From an uncultured Gemmatimonadales bacterium (GTDB lineage Bacteria > Gemmatimonadota > Gemmatimonadetes > Gemmatimonadales > GWC2-71-9): a stretch of DNA of 64,000 nucleotides. Both the position numbers and the translations under genes were made by a program. The notes under the pieces are model-generated. The model ran no database searches and was not told where the DNA came from. It worked only from the letters and a program-made list of their open reading frames with translations. The stretch is taken from the NCBI GenBank assembly GCA_963728915.1, contig CAVSLV010000003.1, positions 64,001 to 128,000 on the forward strand, given 5' to 3'. Shown in pieces: positions 41,851-50,972 of the stretch. The first letter of the stretch is position 1. Each line of letters begins with the position of its first letter.

Positions 41851-42018
41851 GTGGTGGAGGCGGCGCTCGCGGGGCTCGTCGCGTCCGGTGTGGGCCTGGG
41901 CGGGGTCGCCGCGTCGACGGCCCAGCTCGCCGGGATCCTCCTCACGATCTCGGGTGCGGGTCTGGTTGTACTGCTGGTGACCGGAGCGGCGGGTCGGCGA
42001 CGCTGGACCCTGCGATAG
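41851..42018 (+). CDS. Possible small two-TM membrane protein
   Basis: Two hydrophobic segments followed by RRR; start uncertain. Confidence 0.35.
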   Translation: MVEAALAGLVASGVGLGGVAASTAQLAGILLTISGAGLVVLLVTGAAGRRRWTLR

Positions 42019-42079
42019 CGCGTTAGGCGCCGCCCGCCCGATCGCCCCGAAGCCTGGGGAGGGAGGAAGGAGCTCCCCC

Positions 42080-42672
42080 TCAGGCTCCGGAGGCGCGGAA
42101 GCCTTCTTTGGCGAGGATCTTGAGCGTCATGTCGTAGATCCGGCGCTCGAGCATGCCGGTGCTCCGACATTCGCGGGTATTGGGCTGGGCCCGGGGAATG
42201 TCCACCGCGCTTGCGAGCAGAACGGTCCGCAGCTCGATGGTATCCCCGGCACCCGGGGTGAGAAACGTGATCATCCCCATGGAGATCTTGTACAGCTCGG
42301 CCCACAGCCCGTTCACATCCTGACCGCACTCCAGATACATCGCGAGCGAGCGACCACCCAGATCGGAGCGGGCCGAGAACTGGTCATTCCCAACGATGAA
42401 TCTGGTGGAGTCCGCGATGCTCACCGGGATCTTCAGGGCGCCATAGGCTTGCGCCACCGCCGCGAGCATCCGCCGGAGCTCCGGAAGGCGGGACTCTCCT
42501 GGCCCAACCTGAGGCGCTTCGATGCCAAGGACCACCCCCATGGTATCGGAAATGTCCCGGGAAAGACGTGGAGCTCGAGGCGCCGGCTTCCAGGCTGGTA
42601 CCAGGGTCGCTCCTGCGCCGCGAGTGGAAGCCCGGCGAGGAGGAGGAACAAGAACGGAATGGCGGCTTTCAT
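42080..42672 (-). CDS. Secreted hypothetical protein (frameshift near 42545-42565)
   Basis: Signal peptide MKAAIPFLFLLLAGLPLAAQ in one frame; body with YLECG...CRSTGMLE in another. Confidence 0.65.
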
Positions 42673-42695
42673 AGGGGCCTGTAGCGGCCCCTCAA

Positions 42696-43355
42696 TCAGG
42701 ACGCGAAGCTCGGAAAGGGCAAGGGCGAAGGCCGGGTACACAACATTCCGCGCGCCATCAGGGCGAAGGACGTCAGGTCGACCAGCGACTTTCCTTCGTA
42801 CGCCCGGATGAGGAGATCGGGTGAGACGGAGACCAGGATCGAGGAGACCGGAGGCAGGGCGACCGAGGTCGCCGCATAGAGAGCCATCCCCGCTCCAATC
42901 CAGGCCCACTCCTGCTGGGCAAGCGATCCATCCTCCCTGATCGCGCGGGTCAAAATCGTCCAAAGCCCGGCGCTCAGCAGCACGAGGCCGGCGAAAGGCT
43001 CGGCCAGGAGGCTGAAGGTTCTGGTGTTTTCGATCCCGATCACCATGATGACCCACACGCCGATCAGCAGGGGGATCAACAGCCGCAGCATTCTGGTGGA
43101 GCGGGCCGAGGTCTGCCACAGCGAGAGGATCCACAGCGCGATCGCGGTGACGACCGGAGTCAGCAGGTAGTTGAGCAGATGGTTGTTCCGGTCGAGCAAC
43201 GCGAGCCAGAGCGTCGCGGCATCGAACAGAAGCAGCAGACCGGCCCACGCGGCGGTCCACCGCTGGGCTCGACTCAGTTTGCGGTGGAACACCGCCGCGA
43301 GCAGGGGAAGGCCCTGGGACGCGCTTCCGGCATACACCACCCAGGGGATTTTCAC
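42696..43355 (-). CDS. Hypothetical ~7-TM membrane protein
   Basis: About seven hydrophobic segments; RNNH loop; GAGG RBS 6 nt after the upstream stop. Confidence 0.8.
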   Translation of the reverse strand: MKIPWVVYAGSASQGLPLLAAVFHRKLSRAQRWTAAWAGLLLLFDAATLWLALLDRNNHLLNYLLTPVVTAIALWILSLWQTSARSTRMLRLLIPLLIGVWVIMVIGIENTRTFSLLAEPFAGLVLLSAGLWTILTRAIREDGSLAQQEWAWIGAGMALYAATSVALPPVSSILVSVSPDLLIRAYEGKSLVDLTSFALMARGMLCTRPSPLPFPSFAS

Positions 43356-43361
43356 CTCGGG

Positions 43362-43670
43362 TCAGGTATTGAGCCCGCTGCCATCATCACAGAAAGGCGG
43401 ACAGGGGAAGTGGAACTCCAGAAGAATCCCCGCCGTCATGTCCTGGTCCTTGGCGTCCACGCCCACCAGGACGAACTGGGTCTCGTCCTTGTCGTTGAGC
43501 CCGGTGTAGATCCGGAACGCCACGCAGCCCGGCTGGGCCAGCAGCTCCCGGACCTGGTCGGCGTGAAACGCTCCGGCCTTGATCGCGCCGGGGTCGCGTT
43601 GGCGCCATCGCCGGGTCATGGCGGCGGCATCATTGAGCGCAATGCGGTGATTACGAGCGGGGAGCGGCAT
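43362..43670 (-). CDS. Small soluble protein with C-terminal PCPPFC motif
   Basis: 102 aa; GGAGGA RBS; GCVAFRIYTG, FVLVGVD, PCPPFC. Confidence 0.85.
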   Translation of the reverse strand: MPLPARNHRIALNDAAAMTRRWRQRDPGAIKAGAFHADQVRELLAQPGCVAFRIYTGLNDKDETQFVLVGVDAKDQDMTAGILLEFHFPCPPFCDDGSGLNT

Positions 43671-43685
43671 ACAGTCCTCCGGAGG

Positions 43686-44348
43686 TTAAGGGGAGCGCGC
43701 CGAGCGAGCGCGCGACTCCGCCTCGCTCAGACGGATCAGAATCGCGTGCCGAAGCAGGGCCCATTCGTCGCGCAGCTTCAGGGCTTGCCGGATTCGGGCT
43801 CGATGGAAGGTGATCGTCGCGGTGGAGAGGTGGAGCCGCTTGCCGATCGCTTCGGAGCTCCGGCCTTCGCCGATCAGCCGCATGATCCGTTGCTGGGTCG
43901 GGGTCAGCTTGGCGAGGGCAAAGCGGAGCTTGTTGGTGGATCGGTAGGTCTGCCGCGCCGGGACCAGAGGCGAGATGTACACCTTGCCGGCGAGGACCTC
44001 ATCGACGGCGTGGCACAGCTCCGGGACATCGGCATCCTTGGGAACGAATCCGCGCGCCCCCGACTGAATCGTGGCGTCGGCGAGGACCCGGTCGAGGTGC
44101 ATGGTCACCACCAGAATCTTCACCTTGGGTGCGACACCGCGTAGCTCCTGAATGACTTCGAGACCGCTCTGGTCCGGCAGGCTGAGGTCGAGCAGCACGA
44201 GGTCCGGGTGGTGCTTGCGACAGGCCCGGATGCCCTCCTCGCCGCTTCCCACCATCGCGACGATGTCACAGGATTCCTCGAGGGCGGCCCGGATGCCCTG
44301 GAGCATCAGGTGGTGATCGTCGACCAGGACCACGCGGGGCCGGGTCAT
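43686..44348 (-). CDS. NarL/FixJ family response regulator (internal ATG with its own RBS)
   Basis: ATG at 44348 preceded by GGAG; complete REC and LuxR-HTH. Confidence 0.6.
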   Translation of the reverse strand: MTRPRVVLVDDHHLMLQGIRAALEESCDIVAMVGSGEEGIRACRKHHPDLVLLDLSLPDQSGLEVIQELRGVAPKVKILVVTMHLDRVLADATIQSGARGFVPKDADVPELCHAVDEVLAGKVYISPLVPARQTYRSTNKLRFALAKLTPTQQRIMRLIGEGRSSEAIGKRLHLSTATITFHRARIRQALKLRDEWALLRHAILIRLSEAESRARSARSP

Positions 44349-45125
44349 TCGGGCCGTCTCCGTCCCGGCGGAGCCTGGCACGATGGCGCGCACTTCGGTT
44401 CCCTTCCCCGGCGCCGATTTCACCTCGACCATGCCTCCCGCGAGCACCGCCCGCTCTTTCATCGAGAGAAGTCCGATTCCCCGTGCCCGCGCGCGCGTGT
44501 CGCCCTCGAATCCCTTCCCGGTATCCCGCACCACCAGCTCCACGGCCGTTGGGCTCACCTGCAGCTTGACCGTCGCGGCATCCGCCTCCGCATGGCGAAC
44601 CACGTTCTGGAGCGCCTCCTGGGCAATGCGATAGAGGGCCACCGCGGCTTCCGGCTTCAGGGCGATTATTTCGCCGGGCGGTCCCTCCCACTTCACTTCG
44701 AAGCCGGCATCCTCTCCCACCTCATGGCACAGGGTTTCGAGCGCGACCGCCAAACCACCCCGATCGATGATGGGGGGGTGAATCCGGTGCGCCAGGCCGC
44801 GAAGAAAACCCGCCAGGTCGCGCAGCTCGCTCCGGATGGCCAGGGCCCGTTCTTCGGTCTCGGGCGAAGGCGCCGATGTCGCCAGCTCCTCGCATTCCCG
44901 CTCGAGATGGGCGACCCATTGCACCGCTCCATCATGGACTTCCCGGGACATCCACCCGCGCTCCGCTTCCTGGGCCTCGAGGACTTTCCTGGCATGGCTG
45001 CGGTGCAACCGCAGGAACCGCCGCTGGGAGAACACGACCGCGGCCACGAAAGCGGCCAGCAGGACCAGCGCGACCAGAATGCCGCTCAAGAAGACCGACC
45101 ACACCGCGAGAGGAGAATTCGCCAT
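43686..45125 (-). CDS. Single-TM HisKA_3 histidine kinase in frame with a REC-LuxR response regulator (fusion as written; possibly two genes)
   Basis: SREVHDGAVQ H-box, YRIAQEALQNVVRHA, DTGKGF, GIGL.SMKERA; then VVLVDDH, LLDLSLPDQSG, GFVPK, HTH TITFHRARI. Confidence 0.85.
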   Translation of the reverse strand: MANSPLAVWSVFLSGILVALVLLAAFVAAVVFSQRRFLRLHRSHARKVLEAQEAERGWMSREVHDGAVQWVAHLERECEELATSAPSPETEERALAIRSELRDLAGFLRGLAHRIHPPIIDRGGLAVALETLCHEVGEDAGFEVKWEGPPGEIIALKPEAAVALYRIAQEALQNVVRHAEADAATVKLQVSPTAVELVVRDTGKGFEGDTRARARGIGLLSMKERAVLAGGMVEVKSAPGKGTEVRAIVPGSAGTETARMTRPRVVLVDDHHLMLQGIRAALEESCDIVAMVGSGEEGIRACRKHHPDLVLLDLSLPDQSGLEVIQELRGVAPKVKILVVTMHLDRVLADATIQSGARGFVPKDADVPELCHAVDEVLAGKVYISPLVPARQTYRSTNKLRFALAKLTPTQQRIMRLIGEGRSSEAIGKRLHLSTATITFHRARIRQALKLRDEWALLRHAILIRLSEAESRARSARSP

Positions 45126-45189
45126 GCGCCTGCTCCTGGAAAAGCCAAGACGCCGCGGCGGGCCGGGCCCGGGAGAAAACGGCGGGGGA

Positions 45190-45205
45190 CTATGACATCT
45201 TATAG
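45190..45205. promoter_or_regulatory. 16-bp palindromic site, copy 1
   Basis: CTATGACATCTTATAG; about 65 nt upstream of the kinase operon; contains the stop codon of the MEDS kinase. Confidence 0.6.
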
Positions 45206-46590
45206 CCCCCCCCGTGGGCCGCCGCGGCCGTGCCCCCCGGATCGCGCTCGATCCGGGGAAGGTAGACCGTGAAGGTCGATCCCCATCCGAGGGCGCTCTG
45301 GACCTGAATCCGGCCTCCGGCGCGCCTCACCATGTCGTCGACGGTGGAGAGCCCGAGGCCGGTGCCTTTGGCGGGCTCCTTGGTCGTAAAGAACGGCTCG
45401 AGGGACCGGGCCTGGGTCTCGGCGCTCATGCCGATCCCCGAATCGCTGACCGACAGCAGAACGAATCCACCCGCATTGGCGGTTTCAATGGTCAGGATGC
45501 CGCCCGAAGGCATGGCATCCCTGGCGTTGACCGCGAGACTCATGAGAATCTGTTCGAGCTGGCCGGAGTCGAACAGGATAGGGTCGAGGTCGGCCGCCAA
45601 CCGGGTATGGATCTGAATATCCTCCCCCAGCACCCGGCGCAATAGCTGGCCGGTGGTCCCGATCACCTGGTTGAGGTCGAGGGACTCCGGCTGGGCCGCG
45701 CCCTTGCGGCTGAACCGGAGCAGCTGGCCGGTGAGGGCGGCGGCCCGCTGTGCGGCATCGTGAATCTCCTTGAGGGTCGATCGCAGGTCGGGGAGCCGGG
45801 CGGCCTCGTGCTCGAGCGCGATCTCACAGTTGCCGTAGATCACGGTCAGGAGGTTGTTGAAGTCGTGGGCCACCCCACCGGCGAGCCGGCCGATCGCCTC
45901 CATGCGAAGCGCATGATGGAGCTGGGCCTCGAGGTCCTGGCGATCCCGCACCGCACGATCGGCGTCCTCCCGGTACCCCATGAGCCTCTCGACCTGCTCG
46001 AGCATTCCGAGGCGATCGTCGCGAGTCCGTTGCAGTTGTTCCATCATCCATCCCAACCGGGCCGGCAGGCGCCGCTCCTCCTCGGACTCGAGCAGGACCT
46101 GGGGAGGCTCGAAGAAGACATTGGAGCACGGTTCGCTATCCATGACGACGTGACGGTGCGATCGGAGGCCGTTCAGCAGGCGGCGGGGATCATTCCCCAT
46201 CCGGGAATAGAGGCACAACACGGTGATGTGCCTGTCCTCAAGAAAGGCGTCGAGCAGCGCTTCGCCGGAGAGGAGTGGCTCGCCCGGGGGGCTGGCCACG
46301 ACTCGGAGGCCGGTTTCGCCGCTCAACAGGGCATCGTCATAGGCCCGTCGAATCTCGCCGATCCGGTCCGAGCCCACCGGAAGGAAAGCGACCGTATCGG
46401 CCTCGATCCCGGCTTCCCGGAGCACGTCACGGATAATGGCTTCGTCCGATTCGTCGAGCTGGCAGACCACTCGCTCGCCCCGTTCCGGCGCCCCCCGCAC
46501 GAACGGCACGAGGACGTCGGCCAGCTCTTCGGGTCGCTCGAAGAGGAGGCAGCAATGGTTGGGGATGGGCTGGTCGGGGATTCCCGGCAT
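45190..46590 (-). CDS. MEDS-domain sensor histidine kinase (HisKA + HATPase, no receiver)
   Basis: HCCLLFE...FVRG..ERGERV, LCLY, HRHV (MEDS-like); GRLAGGVAHDFNNLL, VNARDAM, DSGIGM, EPFFTTK, GTGLGL. Confidence 0.88.
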   Translation of the reverse strand: MPGIPDQPIPNHCCLLFERPEELADVLVPFVRGAPERGERVVCQLDESDEAIIRDVLREAGIEADTVAFLPVGSDRIGEIRRAYDDALLSGETGLRVVASPPGEPLLSGEALLDAFLEDRHITVLCLYSRMGNDPRRLLNGLRSHRHVVMDSEPCSNVFFEPPQVLLESEEERRLPARLGWMMEQLQRTRDDRLGMLEQVERLMGYREDADRAVRDRQDLEAQLHHALRMEAIGRLAGGVAHDFNNLLTVIYGNCEIALEHEAARLPDLRSTLKEIHDAAQRAAALTGQLLRFSRKGAAQPESLDLNQVIGTTGQLLRRVLGEDIQIHTRLAADLDPILFDSGQLEQILMSLAVNARDAMPSGGILTIETANAGGFVLLSVSDSGIGMSAETQARSLEPFFTTKEPAKGTGLGLSTVDDMVRRAGGRIQVQSALGWGSTFTVYLPRIERDPGGTAAAAHGGGYKMS

Positions 46591-46630
46591 GCGGTTTGAC
46601 GCTACGGTTCCCCACCCAGGGCCGCAAGAT

Positions 46631-46646
46631 CTATAACATCTTATAG
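46631..46646. promoter_or_regulatory. 16-bp palindromic site, copy 2
   Basis: CTATAACATCTTATAG (CTATAA-N4-TTATAG) between divergent genes. Confidence 0.6.
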
Positions 46647-46727
46647 TCGTCTTTTTTGACGCCGTGCCGCAGTGGCGCGATCCGGTGCATGCGGTAGCTT
46701 CTCGCTTTCCTCTGCTGCGAAGGCGCC

Positions 46728-47033
46728 ATGTTCAAGGGTACCACGCCGGCCGGTGTTCCCGTCATCGCCGAGCTTGGGCTCGACGCCACGGCGAGCGGGT
46801 CGGCTTTCCTGACGATTGCGTGGAGCGCGGGAGCCGGCACCGGCCTGCAGGATTCCTGTACCGTCGCGCCCGGTGGATTCGGCAAAGTGGGAATCACTCC
46901 ACACGAGCCGGGCTTTCTGAGGGTGTACGTGGACATGAGCACCGAAACCGACGCCGGGATCCTCGAGGTCCAGCCGCCGACGCCGCCTGAGCGGATCCAG
47001 GGTGACACGACCTGGACCTACAGCGTGGAATGA
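46728..47033 (+). CDS. Hypothetical 101-aa beta-rich protein
   Basis: AAGG RBS; ATGA overlap with the next gene. Confidence 0.65.
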   Translation: MFKGTTPAGVPVIAELGLDATASGSAFLTIAWSAGAGTGLQDSCTVAPGGFGKVGITPHEPGFLRVYVDMSTETDAGILEVQPPTPPERIQGDTTWTYSVE

Positions 47034-48293
47034 CGACGCGCTCCCTGCCCCGGCTCGGCGCCTTGATCCTCATTCTGGCGTCTCCACTCGCCGCACAGGA
47101 GCGAACGCCGGCTGGGTCGGACTCGCTGTGCGCCGCGGTCCTCAGCTCGCACCATGCGCCGGGCGCAAGTTGCCGCGCGCTCGCCGTCGAACTCGTCACC
47201 AGGGCAACCGAACGGCTCTATCAACCGGGTCCGAGGGAGATCCAGAACACCGCGCCGAGGGCCGCCGCGGCCGGCACCCCCGCGCAGACTGAAGCGGTGC
47301 CCGGCGTTCAGCCGCTCGCCGTGAGCGGAGCCGCCATCGCGGCGATCGGCACCGATTCGGGATCGCAGGTCCGTCGCGACCATCACCCTGAATCCCGCGG
47401 TCCTGTTCGTTTCGCCGGGAGATGCGGAGGCGATGGCGAGGGCCTCCCGCATCGCGGACCTGACGATGGTCGTGCCGATCGACGATCTCGACCGCGACCA
47501 CGACGGGAAGGTCGACTACGTCGGTGTCCGGCTCCGGCTCAACCTCACCGGGGCCCGCGCGGGGCGAGCAGTGCGTGAAGCGGGGCAAGCCTTCCTCCAA
47601 ACCGTCGAGGCGGAAGCCGACCTGGTGAACGGGGTGCTGGCGGCGCTCCGGCGTTCGACAAGCCCCTCGTCATGCGCGGCGGCGCTTCTCGCCACCACGC
47701 CGTCGGCGGCGACCATCACCCGGCGTTGCGGCGGTGAGGTGGCGCTGGAGACCGACCCGGAGCTCTATCGTGAAATGCATACCCGGATCCTCAGGGCCCG
47801 CCGGGATGCGGATGCCCGGTACCTCGGACTGGATCTGCGGGCCGACCTCGGCGATCCGACCTTCAACGGCAGCGTTCCGGACGGCACCCGGGCTCTGAGC
47901 GCTGCCGTGGCCCTGGGCCGGAGGATCGTCCCGCTCGGGGAGGACGGTACCAGCGCCGGATTCCGGGTCAGGGCCGGGATGCGTTACGTCCAGCTTCCGA
48001 CGCCAGGGCCGACCGGGTTCGCCTTCGACGGCAACCTGGGGTTCGAGCTGTTTCGGCCCCTCGACGAAGAAAACGGATTAGGCCTTTCGGCGGGAATGGA
48101 GTTCCGTTATGGCGGGGATCGGGGACGTGAATCCGAAATGGCGACGAACTACACGGCCTTCCGGTTCGGGCTGTCGGTGCCGATTGCCGGCGGATCGGGG
48201 ATCGCAGTCGGGATCACCGCGCCGATCGATGGGACGATCTCGCCGGCCCTCACCGTCAACTTCAACTGGAGTCTGCTGCTGCCGCGCCGGTGA
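47030..48293 (+). CDS. Secreted/outer-membrane hypothetical protein (frameshift near 47360-47372)
   Basis: Signal peptide in 47030 frame; continues VATITLNPAVLF into the 47433 frame; DRDHDGKVD EF-hand-like loop; C-terminal beta strands ending VNFNW. Confidence 0.65.
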
Positions 48294-48531
48294 GTCGGTG
48301 GCCAGCTCACGGAGCAGTCAGCATTGAAACCAGGAACGTGCGGCTCCAGAAGGAAGGAAGGGAGGAATGAGACGCCGGTATGGGCGATCCAGCACGACCA
48401 GCTCGGCGTCCAGCATCTGGTTCGCTTCCGCGTCGTTCCGGACACTCCGCGCATCTAATACCTGTCGCGCAAGGACCCCCGAACAGAGTCGGCGCGGTAT
48501 CTTGAAACGTCGCTCCCCGATCCAGAGGAAC

Positions 48532-49842
48532 ATGCATCCAGCTCGCGTCGGCTTGTCCTTATATATGCTGACCGTGGCGCTGATGCCGGGTGCCCTTCCG
48601 GCCCAGCAACGCGCGATCACCCTGACCCAGGCCATTGAGCTGGCGGCGCACGCTGACCCTGCGGTGGTCCAGGCCGAAGGCACGACCCGCTCCGCCGACG
48701 CCGCGGTCCGAGTGGCCTGGGGATCGTTCCTCCCTCAGCTCACGACCGGAGCGAGCTACGGCAAGAGCTTCTCGGCACTCCCGTCCCGGATCGATCCCCT
48801 GACCAACGAGGTGATCACCGGCGGGGTGACTCAAGGTTCCTTGAGTCTCAACGCCACCGCCAGCGTTCCCATTTTCACGGGGTTCCGTCGCGGCGCCGAT
48901 CTGTCCGCGGCCCGGGCCGACGCGGCCGATGCCGACGCGGCCTTCATCGATGCCCGGGCGCAATCCGCCCTTCGGACCACCAACCAGTTCATCACGGCCT
49001 TGCAATCGGCCGACCTGCTGCGGGCCCAGCAGGATGCGATTCGCCGCGCCGAAGAAAAGCTCGCGATTGCCACCGCGAAGATCGCCACCCGCGCGGCCAC
49101 CATTTCCGATTCGCTGACCGCGGTCGTGGATGTCTCCCGCGCCCGGGCCCAGCTCCTCACCGATCAGCGTGCCCTCACCGAGGCGGAAGCGACCCTGGCG
49201 CGCATGATCGGGCTCGACGGGCGGATATCGGCTACGCCCGATTCTTCGCTCTTCGACTTCGTCGAGATCGCCGACAGCGCCGCCCTGTTCGACGAGGCCG
49301 AATCGCGTTCTCCCGAGGTGGTGCGGGCGGATGCCAAGGTCCGTGCCGCGAACGCCCGGGTGACGTCGTCCAAATCCAGTTACTGGCCCGCGCTCACGCT
49401 GGGCGCCAACACCTCGCTCAACGGCAGCAGCCAGAGCAGCTATGACCTCTCCAACACCCGGGGATTCAGCGTGGGAGTTTCCTGGCCGCTTTTCAACGGA
49501 TTCCAGCGAGAACGCACCCTGGTGCAGGCGCACGCCAACGCTGACTACGCCATCTCGTCCGCTGCCGACGCCCGTCGCGATGTCTCTTCGCGACTGATCA
49601 CCCAGCTCGCCTCGCTCCGGATCGCGGAGCAGCGCATCAGGCTCACCGCGCAGAGCCTCGACGCGGCCCGCGCCAACGCTAGGGTGCAGGCGGAGCGCTA
49701 CCGGCTGGGCACCATCCAGATCACCGATCTCAACCTGGCGCAGGACGCCCTGAGCGCCGCGGAGCAGGACGCCATCAACGCGCGGTACGACTACCTCAGG
49801 GCGCGAGCGCAGATCGAGGCGATTCTCGGGAGAAAACTATGA
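48532..49842 (+). CDS. TolC family outer-membrane efflux protein
   Basis: Signal peptide; ITLTQAIELA, FLPQL, PIFTGF, PLFNGF, RYRLG, ARYDY; GAGGA RBS. Confidence 0.92.
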   Translation: MHPARVGLSLYMLTVALMPGALPAQQRAITLTQAIELAAHADPAVVQAEGTTRSADAAVRVAWGSFLPQLTTGASYGKSFSALPSRIDPLTNEVITGGVTQGSLSLNATASVPIFTGFRRGADLSAARADAADADAAFIDARAQSALRTTNQFITALQSADLLRAQQDAIRRAEEKLAIATAKIATRAATISDSLTAVVDVSRARAQLLTDQRALTEAEATLARMIGLDGRISATPDSSLFDFVEIADSAALFDEAESRSPEVVRADAKVRAANARVTSSKSSYWPALTLGANTSLNGSSQSSYDLSNTRGFSVGVSWPLFNGFQRERTLVQAHANADYAISSAADARRDVSSRLITQLASLRIAEQRIRLTAQSLDAARANARVQAERYRLGTIQITDLNLAQDALSAAEQDAINARYDYLRARAQIEAILGRKL

Positions 49843-50972
49843 CGGACCGGCGGACTGGCGGACAGGCGGGCTGGCGGATCGTGATGGTCGGCCTCGTGCT
49901 GGTTGCCGCCTGCAAGGGAAAGAGCGAATCCGAAGCGAGCGCCTCGCCGGCCGATTCGAGCGCCGCCGGCGGCTCGACCCTCACTCTGCCGGTGGTCGTG
50001 CAGGAGGTGCGCCGGGGCGACCTGGTGCTCTCGGTCAACACGGTGGGCCAGATCCGCTCCGAAGCGGTGGCCCTCCTCAAGAGCGAGACCCAGGGCACCA
50101 TCATCGAAGTGCCGGTGCATCCCGGCGATCGGGTCCGCAAAGGGCAGCCGATCGTGCGGGTCGATCCCAAACCGCTCGATCTCGCGGTCCAGGAGGCGGC
50201 CGCCCGTCTCGAAGAGGCGCGGCTCAAGTTGCTCGACAACACGGTCCCCGATTCGATCGTCACCGGCAAGGCGATCACCGGCGAGCGGCTCAGGAACGCC
50301 GAGATCCGCGCCGGACTCGAGGCGGCGCGGGTCGAGCTGGAAAAAGCGAAGCTCGAGCGCGAGAAGGCCGACGTGGTCGCGCCGTTCGACGGCGTGATGG
50401 ACGAAGTGAAGGTGTCGCTCGGGGAGCGGCTCAGCACGGGCCAGGAGATCGGCCGGATCGTGGACCCCGATCACCTCCGGATCGACGCCGCGGTGCTGGA
50501 GCACGACCTCCCGCTCATTCGGCTCGGAGGGCAGGCGGTCGTGACCGCGGCCGCGGCGCCGGACGATCCGGTGACCGGCCGGATCACCGCCATTCTTCCG
50601 ATCGTCGATTCGGCCACCCGGGCCGGCCGCGCGGTGATCCGGATCCCCGGGTCCGGCGTGTTACGCCACGGGATGTACGCCGACGTGCGGCTCGAGGCGA
50701 CCCGCCTGCCGGACCGCATCATCGTGCCGTTCAAGGCGGTGATCGAGCGGGACGGCCGACCGCTGGTCTTCGTGGCGAAGGACGGTCGGGCCCAGTGGGT
50801 CTACATCAATCCGGGCCGCAACAATGGCGCCGAGTACGAAGTCCTCCCCGACAGCGCGACCGGCGAGATCCCCCTCAAGCCGGGAGACGAAGTCCTGGTC
50901 GAGGGCCATCTCACCCTGACCCATGATGCCCCGATCCACGTGATCCGGCGCGCCGAGCGGAAAGAGCCCTAG
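49839..50972 (+). CDS. RND efflux periplasmic adaptor (MFP) lipoprotein
   Basis: LVAA-C lipobox; V.PGDRVRKGQ, VAPFDGV, LRHGMYA, LKPGDEVLVEG. Confidence 0.92.
   Translation: MTDRRTGGQAGWRIVMVGLVLVAACKGKSESEASASPADSSAAGGSTLTLPVVVQEVRRGDLVLSVNTVGQIRSEAVALLKSETQGTIIEVPVHPGDRVRKGQPIVRVDPKPLDLAVQEAAARLEEARLKLLDNTVPDSIVTGKAITGERLRNAEIRAGLEAARVELEKAKLEREKADVVAPFDGVMDEVKVSLGERLSTGQEIGRIVDPDHLRIDAAVLEHDLPLIRLGGQAVVTAAAAPDDPVTGRITAILPIVDSATRAGRAVIRIPGSGVLRHGMYADVRLEATRLPDRIIVPFKAVIERDGRPLVFVAKDGRAQWVYINPGRNNGAEYEVLPDSATGEIPLKPGDEVLVEGHLTLTHDAPIHVIRRAERKEP
49841..49878. repeat. 8-mer tract at the start of the MFP gene
   Basis: GACGGACC GGCGGACT GGCGGACA GGCGGGCT GGCGGA; encodes TDRRTGGQAG. Confidence 0.8.

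Noticed and set aside
45190..46646. Integron cassette or IS element
   Set aside because: No integrase or transposase, no attC-like GTTRRRY structure and no terminal inverted repeats; only the 16-bp repeat is retained as a finding
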